36,585 bases of DNA from a virus (Duplodnaviria > Heunggongvirae > Uroviricota > Caudoviricetes): IMG/VR virus record IMGVR_UViG_2778261448_000005; one strand, written 5' to 3'. A model generated the notes under the pieces. It was not told the origin of the DNA and searched no databases. It saw only the letters and a list, made by a program, of their open reading frames with translations. The position numbers and the translations under genes were made by a program. Positions 35,590 to 36,585 of this stretch are shown in pieces. Numbering within the stretch: position 1 is the first letter of the stretch; every line of letters starts with the position of its first letter.

Positions 35590-36585
35590 ATGATACAACC
35601 TATTTCCGGCCCTCCTCCTGGGCAACCACCAGGTCAGGGAGATAACCTGCCGTCTGGCGCGGGCAATCAGCCTTTATCCAGTCAGCAACGTACTTCGCTG
35701 GAAAGCTTAATGACGAAAGTGACCTCACTGACGCAACAGCAAAGAGCAGAACTGTGGGCGGGTATCAGGCACGATATTGGTCTGTCGGGAGATTCACCGC
35801 TGCTTTCGCGTCACTTCCCTGCCGCTGAGCATAATCTGGCGCAACGTCTGCTGGCCGCGCAAAAAAGCCATTCTGCCCGCCAGCTTTTAGCGCAATTAGG
35901 GGAGTATTTACGTCTGGGGAATAATCGTCAGGCGGTCACGGATTATATCCGTCATAACTTTGGTCAGACGCCGCTGAATCAGCTCTCACCGGAGCAATTA
36001 AAAACCATTCTCACCCTGTTGCAGGAAGGGAAGATGGTTATTCCGCAACCACAGCAGCGCGAGGCGACCGACCGTCCTTTATTACCGGCGGAGCACAATG
36101 CGCTAAAACAGCTGGTGACCAAACTTGCGGCGGCAACGGGGGAACCCAGCAAACAGATCTGGCAATCGATGCTGGAACTTTCCGGGGCGAAAGATGGCGA
36201 GTTAATTCCAGCGAAACTGTTTAACCATCTGGTGACCTGGCTACAGGCGCGTCAGACGCTAAGCCAGCAAAATACGCCGACGCTGGAATCACTACAGATG
36301 ACGCTAAAACAACCTTTAGATGCCAGTGAACTGGCGGCGTTATCGGCATATATCCAGCAAAAATATGGTCTTTCTGCGCAATCATCGCTTTCTTCTGCCC
36401 AGGCCGAGGATATTCTTAATCAGCTTTATCAACGGCGGGTTAAAGGGATTGATCCGCGTGTTATGCAACCGCTGCTTAATCCTTTTCCACCGATGATGGA
36501 CACGTTGCAAAATATGGCAACGCGTCCCGCGCTGTGGATACTGTTAGTCGCGATTATCCTGATGCTGGTCTGGCTGGTTCGTTAA
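35590..36585 (+). CDS. flk: flagellar regulator Flk-like protein, host chromosome
   Basis: 331 aa with a Pro/Gly/Gln-rich N-terminus (MIQPISGPPPGQPPGQGD) and a single C-terminal membrane anchor (ALWILLVAIILMLVWLVR), the architecture I recall for enterobacterial Flk. GC and codon usage differ from the AT-rich cargo. Confidence 0.6.
   Translation: MIQPISGPPPGQPPGQGDNLPSGAGNQPLSSQQRTSLESLMTKVTSLTQQQRAELWAGIRHDIGLSGDSPLLSRHFPAAEHNLAQRLLAAQKSHSARQLLAQLGEYLRLGNNRQAVTDYIRHNFGQTPLNQLSPEQLKTILTLLQEGKMVIPQPQQREATDRPLLPAEHNALKQLVTKLAAATGEPSKQIWQSMLELSGAKDGELIPAKLFNHLVTWLQARQTLSQQNTPTLESLQMTLKQPLDASELAALSAYIQQKYGLSAQSSLSSAQAEDILNQLYQRRVKGIDPRVMQPLLNPFPPMMDTLQNMATRPALWILLVAIILMLVWLVR

Noticed and set aside
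1-36585. tRNA or rRNA genes, for example a tRNA as integration target
   Set aside because: I saw no cloverleaf-like sequence with a conserved T-loop and CCA-like context near either prophage end; a dedicated tRNA scan would be needed to exclude one completely.

Overview
This window is almost entirely a P2-like (Peduovirus-type) temperate phage integrated as a prophage, with the host gene flk at the right edge. Order, left to right: integrase (-), C-type repressor (-), Cox-like switch protein (+), a run of small early ORFs, the rolling-circle replication initiator gpA (+), an AT-rich cargo region, the presumed cos region, then portal Q and large terminase P (-), scaffold O, capsid N, small terminase M, L, X, a lysis cassette (holin, M15-peptidase endolysin, overlapping spanins), tail completion R and S, baseplate V-W-J-I, tail fibre H and chaperone G (+), a second AT-rich cargo gene, then U, tape measure T, E, tube FII and sheath FI all on the minus strand, then D and ogr (+), and a third AT-rich cargo region before flk. 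All assignments rest on reading the translated ORFs (motifs, sizes, synteny) from memory of P2 and R1 proteins; no database search was run. The most interesting content is the cargo. Between gpA and the portal (the position of old/tin in P2) there is an R1-like ParM/ParR partition pair plus a terminator-insulated AT-rich operon of two membrane proteins of unrecognisable family, which is my best candidate for an undescribed phage-defence or exclusion system. Between G and U (the Z/fun position) sits a hexapeptide-repeat acetyltransferase. After ogr there is a Hok/Gef-family toxin, a zinc-ribbon membrane protein and a secreted Cys-repeat protein. Other anomalies: the tape measure gene is split by a single in-frame TAG, the FI-FII-E-T-U block is inverted relative to canonical P2 order, and a 19-bp imperfect direct repeat at 11-29 and 35405-35423 may mark attL/attR. 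No rRNA, tRNA or CRISPR array was seen.
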